A DNA stretch of 64,000 nt from the human T2T-CHM13v2.0 reference genome, Homo sapiens, in the NCBI RefSeq assembly GCF_009914755.1, contig NC_060941.1; one strand, 5' to 3'. A program made the position numbers and the translations under genes. Positions 15,903-31,906 of the stretch are shown piece by piece. Every line of letters begins with the position of its first letter. Within the stretch, counting starts at the first letter, position 1. The notes beneath the pieces were generated by a model that saw nothing but the letters and a program-made list of their open reading frames with translations, was not told the DNA's origin and ran no database searches.

Positions 15903-18195
15903 CTAGGCTCAGTGAAGGCATTTGCTAGGCAGGGGGATTTAACAGAGAATGTGAAAGTGCATAAAGAAGCACAGAATTTTGGGGAAGCATGAAGAGACTC
16001 CAAGGTTAGGAAAGGAGAGTTGACTGGGGTCTGTGTCTGGCCTGTTTCTTGGAGGTGATCCAATGTGCTGGGGAACGGTTAGGTGTGTGCAGAGAAAGAC
16101 TCATTTTAGGCACCAGAAACCGAGTCTCAGCCAATAATCCTGTGCTTGAACTTGATGCAGAACCAACAGTGCCACCCACCTGCACGAGACCAGGTGATGG
16201 AACATGGACTATGGGTCCTCCTCAAATGTGCTCCCAGACACCCTAAGGACATTGACCCAACATGAGGGGCTTGGGGTAAGGAGCTCCAGTGATGACTCAG
16301 ACTAAATTTCTAGCCAACCAAACAGAAAAGAGGGCCTAGAGTCCAAAGTGATTGGACTTTTGAAAAATAAACCAATGCTATGTTACTTTGATTTTTGAGT
16401 TTGTAGAGCAAAATCCATCTGAATTCATTTACCTATTGAGTGAGAGTAGGGTAGGTTCTGTTAGAGCAACAGCTTAATCCTGAAATCGGAGTGGCTTTTC
16501 AAAACAAGAGCTTATTTCTCACTCATGCTACTTGTCTCGTGAAGGTCAGTAGGGATTCTGCTCCACACACTGACTCAGGGACCCAGCTTGATGAACACAC
16601 CAAGATCCCAACAAATGGTCTTCACAGTCATCAGGGCAAGAAAAGAGAGGAACTGGAAGATGAAGTGCTGGCTCTTCAATGCTTTGGGAAGCGACGCAGA
16701 TCACATCAACTGATAACCCATTGTCCAGGACTAGTCACATGACCCCAACTAACTGCTGGGGGCTGGAACACACGGGAGAACAAGTGGACTTTGGTGAGCA
16801 GAAAATGCCTCTGCCACAGCCTCTTGGTACTTATTGAACATAGGATGTGTCTTTTGATTTAATACTATTAATAGTTTGCATTTGCATAAATCTCATTATA
16901 AAGGCATTTTAGGTTATTTCCATTTATTGTCTTATTCTCCTCTCCTCAAGCTCTTAAAGAAACTAAGGTCCACAAAGTGGAAGTAACAACATAATAAGTG
17001 GAAAGGAGGAATAAAAGCCAGGGTTGTGACCTGAGCTTTTTCTGCTCTTCCACAGTGGCTGCAGAGAAACGAATGCTTTGTCAAGAATTTAATTTGAATT
17101 TCCTTGGAGCCTTCTTAAAGATCATGGTGGTGGTGGGTGGGGGGAGACACAGAACCTGATTAACTGTTTGCTGTTGAGAAAGCAATGACTGTACCAAGAT
17201 TTTACTGAGATTTTTGCGAAATGGGCTGGTTTCCCGAAATGGGCTGGTTTCCCGACAAAAACTCATTCCTTTCTCGTTAAAATACAATTGCTTCCTCTTC
17301 TGGGAGCTGGTTTTATGCTATGTTGCAATGCACCTCTTGTTTCCACTCCAGCTAACTGTGTCCTTAACCTTATCCTGACCTCATAGAACCACAGCCCTGG
17401 CTCAGCACTTAAGTAAAACCCGCCCAGAGAGGGGCATGGGGCTTCTGAGCTGGAGTGGCCCCGAACTGGAAGGGACTTGAATGAGAAGGGGCATATCATG
17501 GATTGTCCCAGGGTGGAAACCACCTGGACTTCTGCCTTGGTGAGCAAAAATCAGACTCAAGAGGAACCAGTGTCCCAAAATGGGCCTACAGTGTGAATGA
17601 GGAAAATAGCTAACTACCTCTTATGTGGCACTCACATGGGGCCAGGCAGTTTTAAGCACTTTGCTCTTTTAACTCATTTCACCCCCACAGAAACTCCTCA
17701 TAAGGTCAGTATTATTATTATTACCACCATTGTAAACATATGGGAACCAGATATAGGCAGCAAAAATGACACCTCCAAGGTGGCACTGCTAGTACAAGGC
17801 AGCGTTGCGATGACACCCGAGTATGACATCTGAATATGTGTAAGATACTCCACCAATAATGATTTTTCCCCCTGATTAGGAAGACCAAAAAACTTTTGTA
17901 TAAAAATAAAAAACTATGGTGCATAAGGAGGGATGAGTTGGATAACTTTTAAAACGTCTGATGCTTATTGCCAACTTGCCCTCCAGAAAGAGAAAGCAAC
18001 CTATACTTCCAGAGCAGGGTACTGGGAGTAATTCTGCCTCGATAATCTCTGGGCCCTGATGCAAAGGGGTGTACTGTGACAGCATGGCTCACTAAGCCTC
18101 CTGGACACAAATCTCTTCTCAAATTGGTTTCCAGGACTCAGGCTCAGACATGAAATAAAGTTAAACTCAGTGTTGAGTTTCGGCTCTGGAGTTGA

Positions 18196-18771
<576 letters not shown>

Positions 18772-19641
18772 TGAGCCACTTTCTTCATCTGAAAATGAGG
18801 ATAAGGACTGTACCTGCTTATGGGGTTGTTGCAGGGAGTAAATGTGTGGTGGGTGAAGTGGTCAGCACTGTGCTTAACATAGAGTAAGTGCCGCACAAGT
18901 GTCACCTGCCATCAAAGTGTCACCGACTCACCAGAGGCACGGTTTGAGGGGAAGGTCTCCAGGGAGCAGAGATTAGCCTGTTTAACCAGTTTAATAAATG
19001 CTTTAGTAAAAGAAAAAGAGTTGTTCCTAGAATCAGCAGAATTCCTGTCACTTCAAGGAAAGTCATTGAGAAACATGGGCTCAGCAGTTTGCACTGAGAA
19101 GGGTATGTGCATGTAGGAGGGGAAGGGGGGCAGAGTTTCCAAAATAAGTAGATTGATTGCGTTCTGTGTTTTCTCCCCATTTGCAAGCATTAGGTAATTG
19201 ACGTCGAAGTGATGGAGGAGAGATCAATATGTGTGTTTTCTCTCTCGCTAGAAGCATGAGAGGCAGCTAAGTCAAGTGAGGGCGATGGCTGGGCTGGAAG
19301 CACTGGTGCCTTTCCCTGACAACAGGAGGCCACAAAAGCCATTTCATCATCATCATCCACCCAAACATCAAACATAAATGGATAAGGCTGCATATCGATA
19401 AGTATCAAATAACCTGTAAGGAATATTAAAGCATAATCAACTAGCAGTGGTCCTTTATCTGCTTGAGGATCAGTGCTGTAGGAAACCAGGCACCCTGCTC
19501 AGTGTGTTCTGTACATGATCTGACTCCATCTTCCCAGCCACCTCTTGGGGTCCAGATTACATCCCACTTTATAGACCAGGAAACTGAGGCTTGGAGGAAA
19601 TGAGCCTTGGCCCTGCATAGCGCTTATGTGGAAGAGCCAGG

Positions 19642-19946
<305 letters not shown>

Positions 19947-20091
19947 GTGCCAGGATTTAAACCCAGAGTTGCCTGACTGCCAAGTTTCTCTTAACCATTC
20001 ATTTACCAAATATTTGTTGAGTGCCTACTATATACAAACAGCATTTTAGATACCTGGGTTACAATGATGAAGACACAAAGAAGCCTCCATC

Positions 20092-20829
20092 TTTCTATTA
20101 GTTTTCTGTTGGGGCCCTAACAAACTACCACAAACTTAGTGGCGTAAATAACAAAAAATTCCTTCTCTCAGTTCTGGAGTCTGAGAGTTTGAAATCAAGG
20201 TAGCAATAGGACTGTGCTCCTTCTGGGGACTCTAGGAGAAAGCCCCTTCTTTGCTGTTTCTGTCTTCTGGTGGCTATTGGTGTTCCTCAACCTGTGACCA
20301 CCTCACTCTACTCTCGGCCTTTGTGGTCACGTTGTCTTCTCCTCTTCCGTCTGTGTCTAATCTCCTTCTGCATTCCTCATATAAGGACACTTGACATGGA
20401 ACTTAGGGGTCACTGGATAAGTCAGAATGATCTCCTCATCTCAAGAGTCTTAATTATATCTGTAAAGACCTGTTTTTTTTAACCACATAAGATGATAGTT
20501 GGCTGGTTGCGGTGGCTCATGCCTGTAATTGCAGCACTTTGGGAGGCCAAGGCGGGCAGATCATGAGGTCAGGAGATCGAGACACAGTGAAACCCTGTCT
20601 CTACTAAAAACAGAAAAAGTTAGCCGGGCGTGGTGGTGGGTGCCTGTAGTCCCAGCTACTTGGGAGGCTGAGGCAGGAGAATGGCGTGAACCAGGAGGTG
20701 GAGATCGTGCCACCGCACACCAGCCTGGGTGACAGAGTGAGACTCCATCTCAAAAAAAAGATGATAGTCACAGGTTCTGGGGATTAGAACATGAATATCA
20801 TTTGGGGAGCCATTATTCGGCCTACCTCA
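20092..20829 (-). mobile_element. MLT1C/D-like MaLR LTR interrupted by an Alu
   Basis: Reverse complement begins 'tgaggtaggccgaataatgg' and ends 'gaaaactaataga'. Confidence 0.72.
20501..20759 (+). mobile_element. Alu (Y-like) with internal deletions
   Basis: 'gaatggcgtgaac'; TSD AAGATGATAGT. Confidence 0.88.
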
Positions 20830-20878
20830 AGGGCCATCCTAGGGAATGCAAAATAGAGCCACCACTCAAACCAATTCA

Positions 20879-21250
<372 letters not shown>

Positions 21251-22139
21251 CTAAGCAAATCAATACACAAAAAGGCATTAAGTGGTGTTAAGAGCCCAGC
21301 TGAAAATAAAACAGGGCTTGGTAAGGACAACATCTGGGACCCCTGTGGGTCAGCAGGACAGGAAAGTTCTCTCTGAGTGGGCAGTTTTGAAAGTAGACGC
21401 AAAGGACAAGAAGCAGCCTGCTGATCATCTTCACATCTTCAGTAGAGCCTGACCATTCTGGTTCATCAGCTTAATTTATGCCTTAATGAGTAAATAATAC
21501 TTCTGGATGAGTTGGGCATAGCATCTCCTGCCAGGAGAGGGAGGAAGAAGCATTTTCTTATATGCAAATAAAATGGCTTTAATATCATAAACTGCAAGCA
21601 GCCTTAACAGACCACTGTCTTCACAACTGCCAAAAAGAGCTGCTGCGGACCAACTGCTATAAATCCTAGCTCATCATATTTGGCTGACTTCCCCTGCCTT
21701 TTAATGATTTTATAGCTAATAACAGAACAGAATGTCGTCTCATTCAGTTACTTGGGGTGTACATTTTGCAGTGAGTTAAACCCAGAGAGGCCACTGGTGA
21801 GTTACGCTGATAAAGTTAGGCATTCAATGGTTGCTTTATTGATGTTTTTTAATACCTAAGGTAGGTGTTTGGTTACAGTCTCTTGGAGTATTTTTCCAGC
21901 CAAACATTTTGCAGCCACATTCCATGGCATGTGGCTTTGAGGTATTGATTACCCGCTGGCTCGCCTGTCACAGCAGATTCAAAGGTATTGTCTGAAGGGA
22001 ATCTAGGCTGGCCCTTAGACCTGTGGCTTCCCTGTAGACAGAGGTCAGTGGCTTTGAGTTCACTTGCCTATCCTGTTTGACTCCATGACTTCAGAAAGAG
22101 CCTTTTGTTCCTACCTCTAAGTTCAGTTAATTGGTAAAT

Positions 22140-22386
22140 CTATTTCTTTTTTTTTTCAAATAACAAACACTATGTTTATTAATTAATATCCCTCTATTCA
22201 ACCCCTCTGCCTCCCACACTTCCGAGTCTTCATTGTGTATTATTGCACTCTCTTCATCCGTGCAAACACATTCTTTTTTGTTTTTCCACCAATACCATGG
22301 CTTTATTTATTTTTTTTTAGGTTTTATGTAAATTTTTCTTTTTTTAAATTATACTTTAAGTTCTAGGGTACATGGGCAAAACGTGT
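22140..22386 (-). mobile_element. L1 3'-end fragments
   Basis: 'ttttttaaattatactttaagttctagggtacatg' is the reverse complement of the L1PA 3' terminus. Confidence 0.65.
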
Positions 22387-23214
22387 TATTTTTCTGTACT
22401 GAATGACAACCCTGAAAAACTGCACTCAAAGTGTTTCTGAAAGTTTTATCCTAAATGCACTGCCACTCAATGTCAGTGAAAAGCCCTGCTGAAAAAATCC
22501 AGGTTCATGGAGGGCTGCCCAAAGAATGTGCCTGCTGCCCTTTCCTCTGGAGCCTCAGCAATTTAAATTCTCTCCTGAGATGAGACAAGAAAGCAGGCTT
22601 GATCACCACGATCGCGAATGGGTGGGGTGGTGCCTGGGACATGACTTTGGAATTTGCTGTGGGGCACAGTGCTAGCAGAGAGACTCACTGAGAGCCATTG
22701 CTGGGTAATTCCCCTATGGATGTGATGGAAAATGCTAGTCCTGACACCATACAGTGTCCTCTCTTGGAGGAGGTGAGGCGAGAAGGACAAGGAAGGTATT
22801 CATCTGCCTAGTCACTACCAGGAATTACCAGTGAATTACCTAGTCACTACCAGTGCCCTTCCTGGGTCACTGGCTGCTTTTTACCTTATAGACATGGTTG
22901 GTGGCTCCTCCCCACCAAGCAGGGCTGACTCTGTGGTGGGAAGGTTCTCATGGCAAGTGTTCTGAGAAGTTCCTCACTCTTGGCTCCACTGGTCTTGTGT
23001 ATCCTTCTTTTTCCTTTGGCACATTTTTCTCAACCATTTTATATTGTGATATATCAGAATTATTTTGTGATTTACCTAAAAGATTAACTCTTGGATAAAG
23101 ATATAGGTATAGATAATCTACTAGATAATCTTTTATCTAAAAGATTAAATTTTTTTTACAAGAGTGAAGATAAATGGTAACTGCATGGCCTTTGTATTTG
23201 TCATGGAACATGAT

Positions 23215-23672
23215 TCAAGTGGACTGAATGGTCCCCCAAAAGATAATCCCTGGAACCTGTGAATGTGACTTTATTTGGAAGAAGGCTTTCGCAGATTTAA
23301 CTAAATTAAGGATCTTGAGATGAGATCATCTTGAATCATTTAGGTGGACCTGATAGCCAATGACAAGTGTCCTTATAGGAGAAAGACCCACATAGAGGAG
23401 GAGAAGACACAGACAGACAAAGACAGAAGAGGAGGAGGCAATGTGATCATGGAGGCAGAGATTGGAGTGATGCAGCCAGAAGCCAGTGAAAGCTGGCAGC
23501 CACAAGAACAGATTCTCCTCTCAAGCCTCTGGATGGCGTGCTGCCCTTCTGGCACCTTCATTTCAGATTTCTATCCTTTAGAACTGTAAATAATACATTT
23601 TTGTTGTTTTAGGCCACCCACAGTGGCTTAAACAGTGACAATTTGTTACAGCAGCCCTAGGGAACAAATATA
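23215..23672 (+). mobile_element. MLT1C-like MaLR LTR
   Basis: 'ctgaatggtcccccaaaagat...ggaacctgtgaatgtgac' and terminal 'tttgttacagcagccctagg'. Confidence 0.72.
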
Positions 23673-23745
23673 GTTACCAAATTCCCTTTCAGACCTTGCT
23701 CAGGCAATGCTAAGAGATCTGATGGTTCAAGACTTGACTTCCAAC

Positions 23746-24052
23746 TTTCTTTTTTTTTTTCCTTTTGAGACAGAGTCTCATTCTGTCATCCAGGCTGGAA
23801 TGCAGTGGTGTGATGTCGTTCACTGCAACCTCCGCCTCTCAGATTCAAGCAATTCTCCTGCCTCAGCCTCCCGAGTAGCTGGGACTACAGGTGCCCACTA
23901 CCATGCCCAGCTATTTTTTATTTTGTATTTTTAGTAGCGATGGGGTTTCTCCATGTTGGCCAGGATGGTCTGAAACTCTTGACACTTCAGGTGATACACC
24001 TGCTTTGGCCTCCCAAAGTGCCGGGATTATAGGCATGAGCCACCGCGCCTGA
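23746..24052 (-). mobile_element. Alu (S-type)
   Basis: Alu consensus. Confidence 0.92.
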
Positions 24053-25302
24053 CTGACCTCCAATGTTTTGGGAGTGTGACACTTCGGGCATTCACCCTTG
24101 GCTGTACAGCTCACAGAGAGTTCTCTGCCACAGGGTCTAGGCTAGTGCAGCAAAGTGTGTAGCAGAAAATCCATCCTTGATGATATATCTAATTTTCTGA
24201 CAGCAAATTATACCAGAAGATCCAGTCTCAGTTTCTCACCATTACATTAAAGTAACATAATGATTATCATTATAATACCTATGGAGCACAAAATTTTTAC
24301 CTGTGTTGCTTTGATATCATTAAGTTGCACTGAGGGCATTTTTATCCATTTCAGTGGAGAGTGGAGAGCTCTCCAAGAGGTTCAGCCTCTAGGAGGTGTC
24401 ACTGCAAGGGCAGCACCTATGTTTCCTGCCGAATGTTTTCACCAGAGGCCCTACATGGAATCCACTGTGGACAACTAAAGCCCAGTTAGTCTGGGGCAAT
24501 GGGCAAGCTGCTTCATAATAAAACATCAATTGGCTGGATGCCTTTCCATGGAGATTTTCAGGCCAGAGTCTTACGAATTATAAAGACCAATATTTTGCTG
24601 TGGTGATCTAATGACATACAATTTAAAAGAGCTTCAAGAAGTGGAAAGGACTCTACATGTTCATGGTGTTAATAATCTTAACAACTATTATCACAAGTGC
24701 CCTGTAGATAAATGAACAGATAATGGTCTTGGAAATACACATAAAATATAGGCTGTCAACAGAACTGATGAAGAAAAACAAACCTTCACTTTTGTTTCTA
24801 CGTATTATGTTGGTTAATATGAAAGGAAGTGCTTATGAGTTTACAAAGCAAGCTTTAAAACCTTTGTGAGATGATACTGTATGCTTGATTCATCCAACCA
24901 CAGCATCTGCAGCCTTGGTAGGAGTAGAACAATTACAGGAGGAATGCCAAGAGAGACAAAGAGCCAGTTTTCAGCTTTTGACGTAAAAAAAAAAAAGGGG
25001 CCCAGAAGAAGGGGAGCTCAAAGCCCATCCATAAACAAATAGATTAAAAAGATAATAAATGATGAACTAGATATTTTGCTTTAAGGAGAGGATCCAGGCT
25101 CCAGACTGTCTCATCTGGGAGGCAGAGAGGCTGGGGTCACTTCTTTAAGGAAGGAAAGGCCAAGAGGCCTCTTGAGGCTGTAAGAACCATATGGGAGGAA
25201 AAAGAAAATTTCAGATATGGCTTTGCCCCTGCCCCAGGGAACTGAGATGGAGACAGGCCTAAGCCAGCAGATTGTCCTTGGCCATTCCAGGTGAGTTAGC
25301 CT

Positions 25303-25691
25303 CTGTTTTAGTTTTCTAGGGATGCCATAACAAAATACCACAGACTAGGTGGCTTAAACAACAGAAATGTATTTTCCCACAGTTCTGGAGGCTGGAAGTC
25401 CAAGTTCGTGGTGTCAGCAGGGTTGATTTCATTCTGATGCCTCTCTCTTTGGCTAGCAGATGGCTGCCTTCTCTCTGTGTCTTCACATGGTCTTCTATGT
25501 GCATGAGTTCCTTGTATCTCTCTTCTTATGAGGACACCAATCATATTGGATCAAGACCTACCCACAGGACCTCATTTAACCTTAATTATCTCTTAAAAGG
25601 CCCTGTCACCAAACACAGTCACATTCTGAGGTGTACTGGAGTTTAGAACTTCAGCATGTGAATTTGAAGAGACACAATTCAGTCTATACCA
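25303..25691 (-). mobile_element. MLT1A/B-like MaLR LTR
   Basis: 'gccataacaaaataccacagactaggtggcttaaacaacagaaat' signature. Confidence 0.8.
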
Positions 25692-25899
25692 GCCTCATTA
25701 GGTTTTTGAAGGGTTGTATTCAATTTCTTTCACTTTAACATATGGCACGGGGTCTTACCACTATCAGCTGTCTGCCCACTGCTGGACAACTCACCAGCAG
25801 AAGGGATTTCCCTTGAGCTTTTGCTCAGTAGAAGAGAACTAAGTTGTGTAGACCACTTTCTCTTCAATGGCCAGGATTCCTGAATCTCCCCAGATAGCC

Positions 25900-26306
25900 T
25901 TTGATTTATGTTGGCCAACATAGTATGGCAGAAATGACATTTAACAGGTTCTGGCCTGTACTTCAAGAGGCTGTGGAGGCTTCTACCCTCTTTTGCAACC
26001 CTGTTGCCACTATATGAACAAGTCTGCATTAGCCTCCTGGAGAATGAGAGGTGGAGGCCACGTGGAGCCAAGATCACCATTCCAGCCCAGAACCCAGACA
26101 TGGGAGGCAGTACAGCCAAGATCAGCGGAACCAATGCAGTAGCTGACTACAGACACCTGAGTAAGTCCAGTAGAGACCAGAAGAACCATTCAGCTGAACC
26201 CAGCCAGAAGTGCTGACCTGCAGAATCGGGGGCTAAATAAGTGGCTTTTGTTTTAAGTCACTAAGTATTGGAATAGTTTGTTATACAGCAAAAGCTAACA
26301 GTACAC
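25900..26306 (+). mobile_element. Old MLT1 (G/H-like) LTR
   Basis: 3' end 'ttgttttaagtcacta...tttgttatacagcaaaagctaac'. Confidence 0.55.
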
Positions 26307-27278
26307 AGGGCCTAAAAGATACTCTCTTAGGCTCAAGTGGTAGAAGCATTGTCAAAGTCATGGAAAGGAGTTATCAGAGACCAATACCATGTTCTTACTA
26401 GTGATAATAGTTTGGAGTTGGGGGCAAGGGGAGCAGAAGTCTTGGGTTTGGGCACATCAATTTTGGAGAAAGGAAGGAAGTTTACTCTATTTTCAAATAT
26501 TGCAAATCAGTGGTTTAAAAAAAATTTCTAGAAGTGGAAGCTTCTTTTCAAAAGAAATATTATACAGAAACTTCAATGTATGAAATAGACACAATTTGTA
26601 ATTTATTGATATAAATCTAACATATGGTCAAATATATAAAATTGTTTAAAAAGTTAATCAATGAAAACAAGAAGGATAATACGATTATTAATGCAAACAT
26701 TCAAAATTGGATGTAAGGGGAGACAGGAATAATCTTATTTTAGCACCCAATCAATTTCTATATATTATTTTGGTAGCAGAGTATTGAAAATCCTGATAAA
26801 CATCTGTAAGTAGTTGCAGCAGGAAACAGCTTTTAACAGCTCACTTTGCAATCTCAGGATACTCCTCAATTAAACAAAGATGAGAGGAGAAGCCATCTGT
26901 CAGCACAGTTACTGGAGGCAGGATCATAATGATGCATAACACAATTGGGTGTAGGTTTTCTTAAATTATATAAAAATTACCTTAAAGTATATTTTTTCAA
27001 AGTGAAAATTCAATCAATCATTTGCAGAAACTGTGAAGCACCTCCCAGAAGTTCATGAAGCACACTTGGAAAATTGTCTGATATTTCATTAGGGTAGACT
27101 TTGAAGAAGAAATTCGGAAGATGTGCAAAGCTTGGAAAACAGAGTTGCAAGGAGGCCTCAGGGGTCACAGACTCCCCCTCTTCCTTTCAAAAGCAGGAAC
27201 TGAGGCCTGGGGAAGAAAACACTTTTCTCAGGACTTACACACAGGTATCTTCGCTCCCAGTTGAGACCTCTTTTTTCA

Positions 27279-27347
27279 GGAGAAAGAGACGTGAACCCGT
27301 GGGAGAAAGAGACATGAACCCGTGGGAGAAAGAGACATGAACCCGTG
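27279..27347. repeat. 23-bp minisatellite x3 (GGAGAAAGAGACRTGAACCCGTG)
   Basis: Three contiguous copies with one substitution. Confidence 0.95.
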
Positions 27348-27903
27348 AAGGAGCTGGGTCCCCATCAGTTTCTTTTTTATGCTCTCACAAAAAGACCAAA
27401 GTCGCTTTAAAAGAATGCCCAAATAAAGATTCCTATTTCCTTGGGAGGATTTTAATAGTTGGTATAAAAAGTCTGCACATGTGAATTTATGATTGAATTT
27501 GCTTTCTAAAATTCTTAAAACCTTAGAGCAGCAGCCATAGGAGTCAGTGACTGTAGCAGACACAAGTTGAGAAACTTTCTGGTACCATGTTAGTCACTAA
27601 AGCCCCTCCACCACCCTGTCAGTCTGCATTTCCATCTTGGTTCGGGGGAACTGCTCTTCCCCACTCTGAGCCACGTGCTTCTAATGACTCCGCCTCCCTG
27701 GCATCAGTGATTGGTTGGACGGTGGGAATCAGCCTCCATCTGGGCCAACTGTAGCCCTCTGAAGCCTGGCTGTATTCCCAGACCTGGCCCAATGAGCATC
27801 TTTGCCCAGGATCTTTCTTTTTGGAAATCAGAGAAACCTTCTCTGTCTAGTCCCAAGGCTTTGGGTACATGGGCCACAGGAAGGGATGAAGATAAGCAGA
27901 TGA

Positions 27904-28273
<370 letters not shown>

Positions 28274-28440
28274 TTAATGCTGTGAGGGCAGTTCCTTCTG
28301 CCCTTACTGAGGTTTGGTTACTGAGTCTAAAACTTCCTTTTCTTCCTACAGTGAGTTTGAATTGGGTTTCTGTCACATGAAACCGCAGAATCCTGATGAA
28401 TGTGGGGAATACTTAAAAAATATAATGACTTATTTGCTAG

Positions 28441-28876
28441 TGATAGAGACAGGAGACAGCTAAGGGTCCCTGGCGAAACCCCACCTTCAAGCCTAAAACA
28501 GCCTGAAGGCTGAACAACCGGACTGCTGGTCCCAGATGAAGCCCTCCCTTTCCCAGCTGATCCTTTCTTAATCACGCCGACCTGCGCCTGCGCACTGGGA
28601 GGATGGGGGGGGTGGAGCCTCGGGAAGGTCACCCCGTTTGCGTGGGGAGGAGCCTGGCCTCTCCTGTTCCTGTGTGGTGACCTGGGATTCAGTCTGTGAG
28701 GCGGGAAATTTGCTAGCAGGACTCTCTCTTGCTCTGCTGAGAGGTATCTTTCTTTTTTCCTTTTTGCCCAGTAAATTCCGTTTTCCTCACCCTTCTATGT
28801 GTCCGTGAACCTAATCTTTCCTGGTGGTGTGAAAAGAGCCCAGTTTTAGCTGAACTAAGGAGAAAGTTCTGCAACA
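28441..28876 (+). mobile_element. ERV1-class solo LTR (LTR27/LTR28-like; subfamily uncertain)
   Basis: TG...CA termini (TGATAGAGACAGGAG ... GTTCTGCAACA), GC-rich U3-like core and an AGTAAA polyA-signal variant near 28770. No clean TSD seen. Confidence 0.7.
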
Positions 28877-30994
28877 GTAAGAAAATGAACATATGCACTG
28901 GATGCAGATTTTGCATGAAACTTAAGGGAAAAATGGACCTCACCAACTGGACTCAGTGGGATCCAATGACCCCAATTACAAAACTTCTGCAATGAAACTC
29001 TGGTTAACAAGGGGCTGGATTTGATTATGGAATTGAGGTTGGTCAATCTAACTTTTCTCCTATCTGAGTGCTCAGGGCTGCATGGAATGTGAAAATAAGC
29101 AGCTACTGGTTGTGCATAATTCTGAGCTATGAGTTAACTATGAATGGGGTTAAAAAAAAGTACGTGAGCCAGCTGTGGAGGCAGATAGACATACTTTCCC
29201 TATGGGATTTATGAGTATTCAGCCACTGAAGAAAATCAGAATTATAAAAAAATTCCGTTTCAACTGGTGAAACTGAGACCCTGTAAGGACACTTGAATTG
29301 GCCAGGAGAGACAATCTGTCCCTCCGTATATATTCCATTTTGGTTGGTATCATCAAAAAGATTTACCTACAACCTGTGGAGCTCAACCTAGGTGTTGACG
29401 ATTGAAGGTAAATTTGCAATCTGAGAGCTGCGCTTCACTTGCCAGGGCTGAACAGCGCTGTTTTTCTTCAGTGGACATCTTTCCTATCCCATCAACCTCT
29501 CCCAAGCTTTTAAAAATCTCATCTCTTTCCACACCACCTTGTTTTTCATGATCCAGCTTCTCAGTCCATGTACCCTGTGCCAACACTTCTTAAATTTCTT
29601 TTTTACTTTCCGTATTTTGCTGAATTTTATTACAGGCTCTTGGCTTCTTAGGAACAGTACTCCTCTACTATGCTGTGTTCCCTGGGGCCTCTTAAATTTA
29701 TTATCTGGCTTATTGCTAGTGAATTCAATAAAACAGGCTTTTCCCTGGGACTTGACTTTGCCTCTTGCTCAAGCCCGAGTCTACTGGCTGCCCCCAGTGC
29801 TTGGTCTCCAAAGCCAGGCTACAGGGATTGAAAGTCAGGGATGCTGCCATCTCCATAGCACTTCAAACTCAGTTCTGTCCTGATTTCACATTTCAACTAT
29901 AGGATGTTCTGCCAAGTGACAGGGCACAAAAAGAGCTAAGCCTCTTTTCTGTACTGTGGTTTTCATTAAGTGCGTATGTGTGTGCCTGCCTATAATAACA
30001 GGTAAGAACTTATGTCTAGTAACTTCTGTTCTGCTACAGCTGCAGCTGGTTAGAATGTTATCCCTACTTGGCTTTTGGCCATATGCAAGCCTACTTCAGC
30101 AGAATCCGCAGGCTCTCATCAGCCTCTAGCTTAATGAATAATTACAAAAAATACAGGTCAGCACCTGCCAAGGGGGCAGAGCAGGGATAGCTTTGGCTAA
30201 ATCAAGGTCTCTGTATTTCCCATTTTTCTTTAATGCAAGACTTCTTGGCTGCTCTTCCTCAGAAAGCACAGGAAGCTGAAGAAATTCCCTCTTTTCTTGG
30301 CAAATGATGCTTTCTCAACTTTCCTTCATGGCTTTTTTTGACATTGATTTTATTTAGGCTACTGCAATAAGAAGAGCACTCCACATCCAAATTTCAGAAT
30401 GTCTCAGCAGGGTGGTTTTGCTCTAGACTTCTACAGGGAGGAGTAGACAAGTGGGATGATTTTACAGTTGGAATTGTTTTTGTTCAAGGCTATTTTCAAA
30501 GAAGATAACAGGCCATTGACTAACAGCCCCCAAATCCTGGTGTCATCTGTTTCCAATGATTTGTTCCACAGATATTTACTCTGGCTCTGCAACAGCTATA
30601 TTAGAGCGACCAGGGCAAGCTGGGGGCTTTTCATGCCAAGGGCAAGTGACCATTCCTTCTCACATGAAGCTCCAGACAGCTTCCATGAAGTTACAGCTGG
30701 ACATAGTGGAAAATCAAAAAATTATATGGTACATATGGAGAGGATGTATATAGTCAGGGAGGGACCACAGTGGGGAGAGGTATTCAGAAAAGCCTTCCCA
30801 AAGGAGGAAAAGCTGGGACATCTGGGCATCAAAGGACATAGGGTGGTGGAGCTGGTGGTTAAGAGCATGGATTCTGAAGCCAGACCCTTTGGGTATAAAC
30901 CCTGCCTGTGGTTTTCTAGCTGCCTGACTTTGGGCAGGTTATATAACTTTCTCGTTTCCAGTTTCCTCTATAAAATGAAGTAAAGAGCAGTACT

Positions 30995-31906
<912 letters not shown>

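Noticed and set aside
27279-27347. CRISPR-like 23-bp repeats
   Set aside because: Copies are contiguous with no spacers, in human DNA with no cas genes.
30456-30983. 175-aa ORF
   Set aside because: No recognisable homology; the 3' part runs through MIR-like repeat sequence and there is no promoter or splice support.
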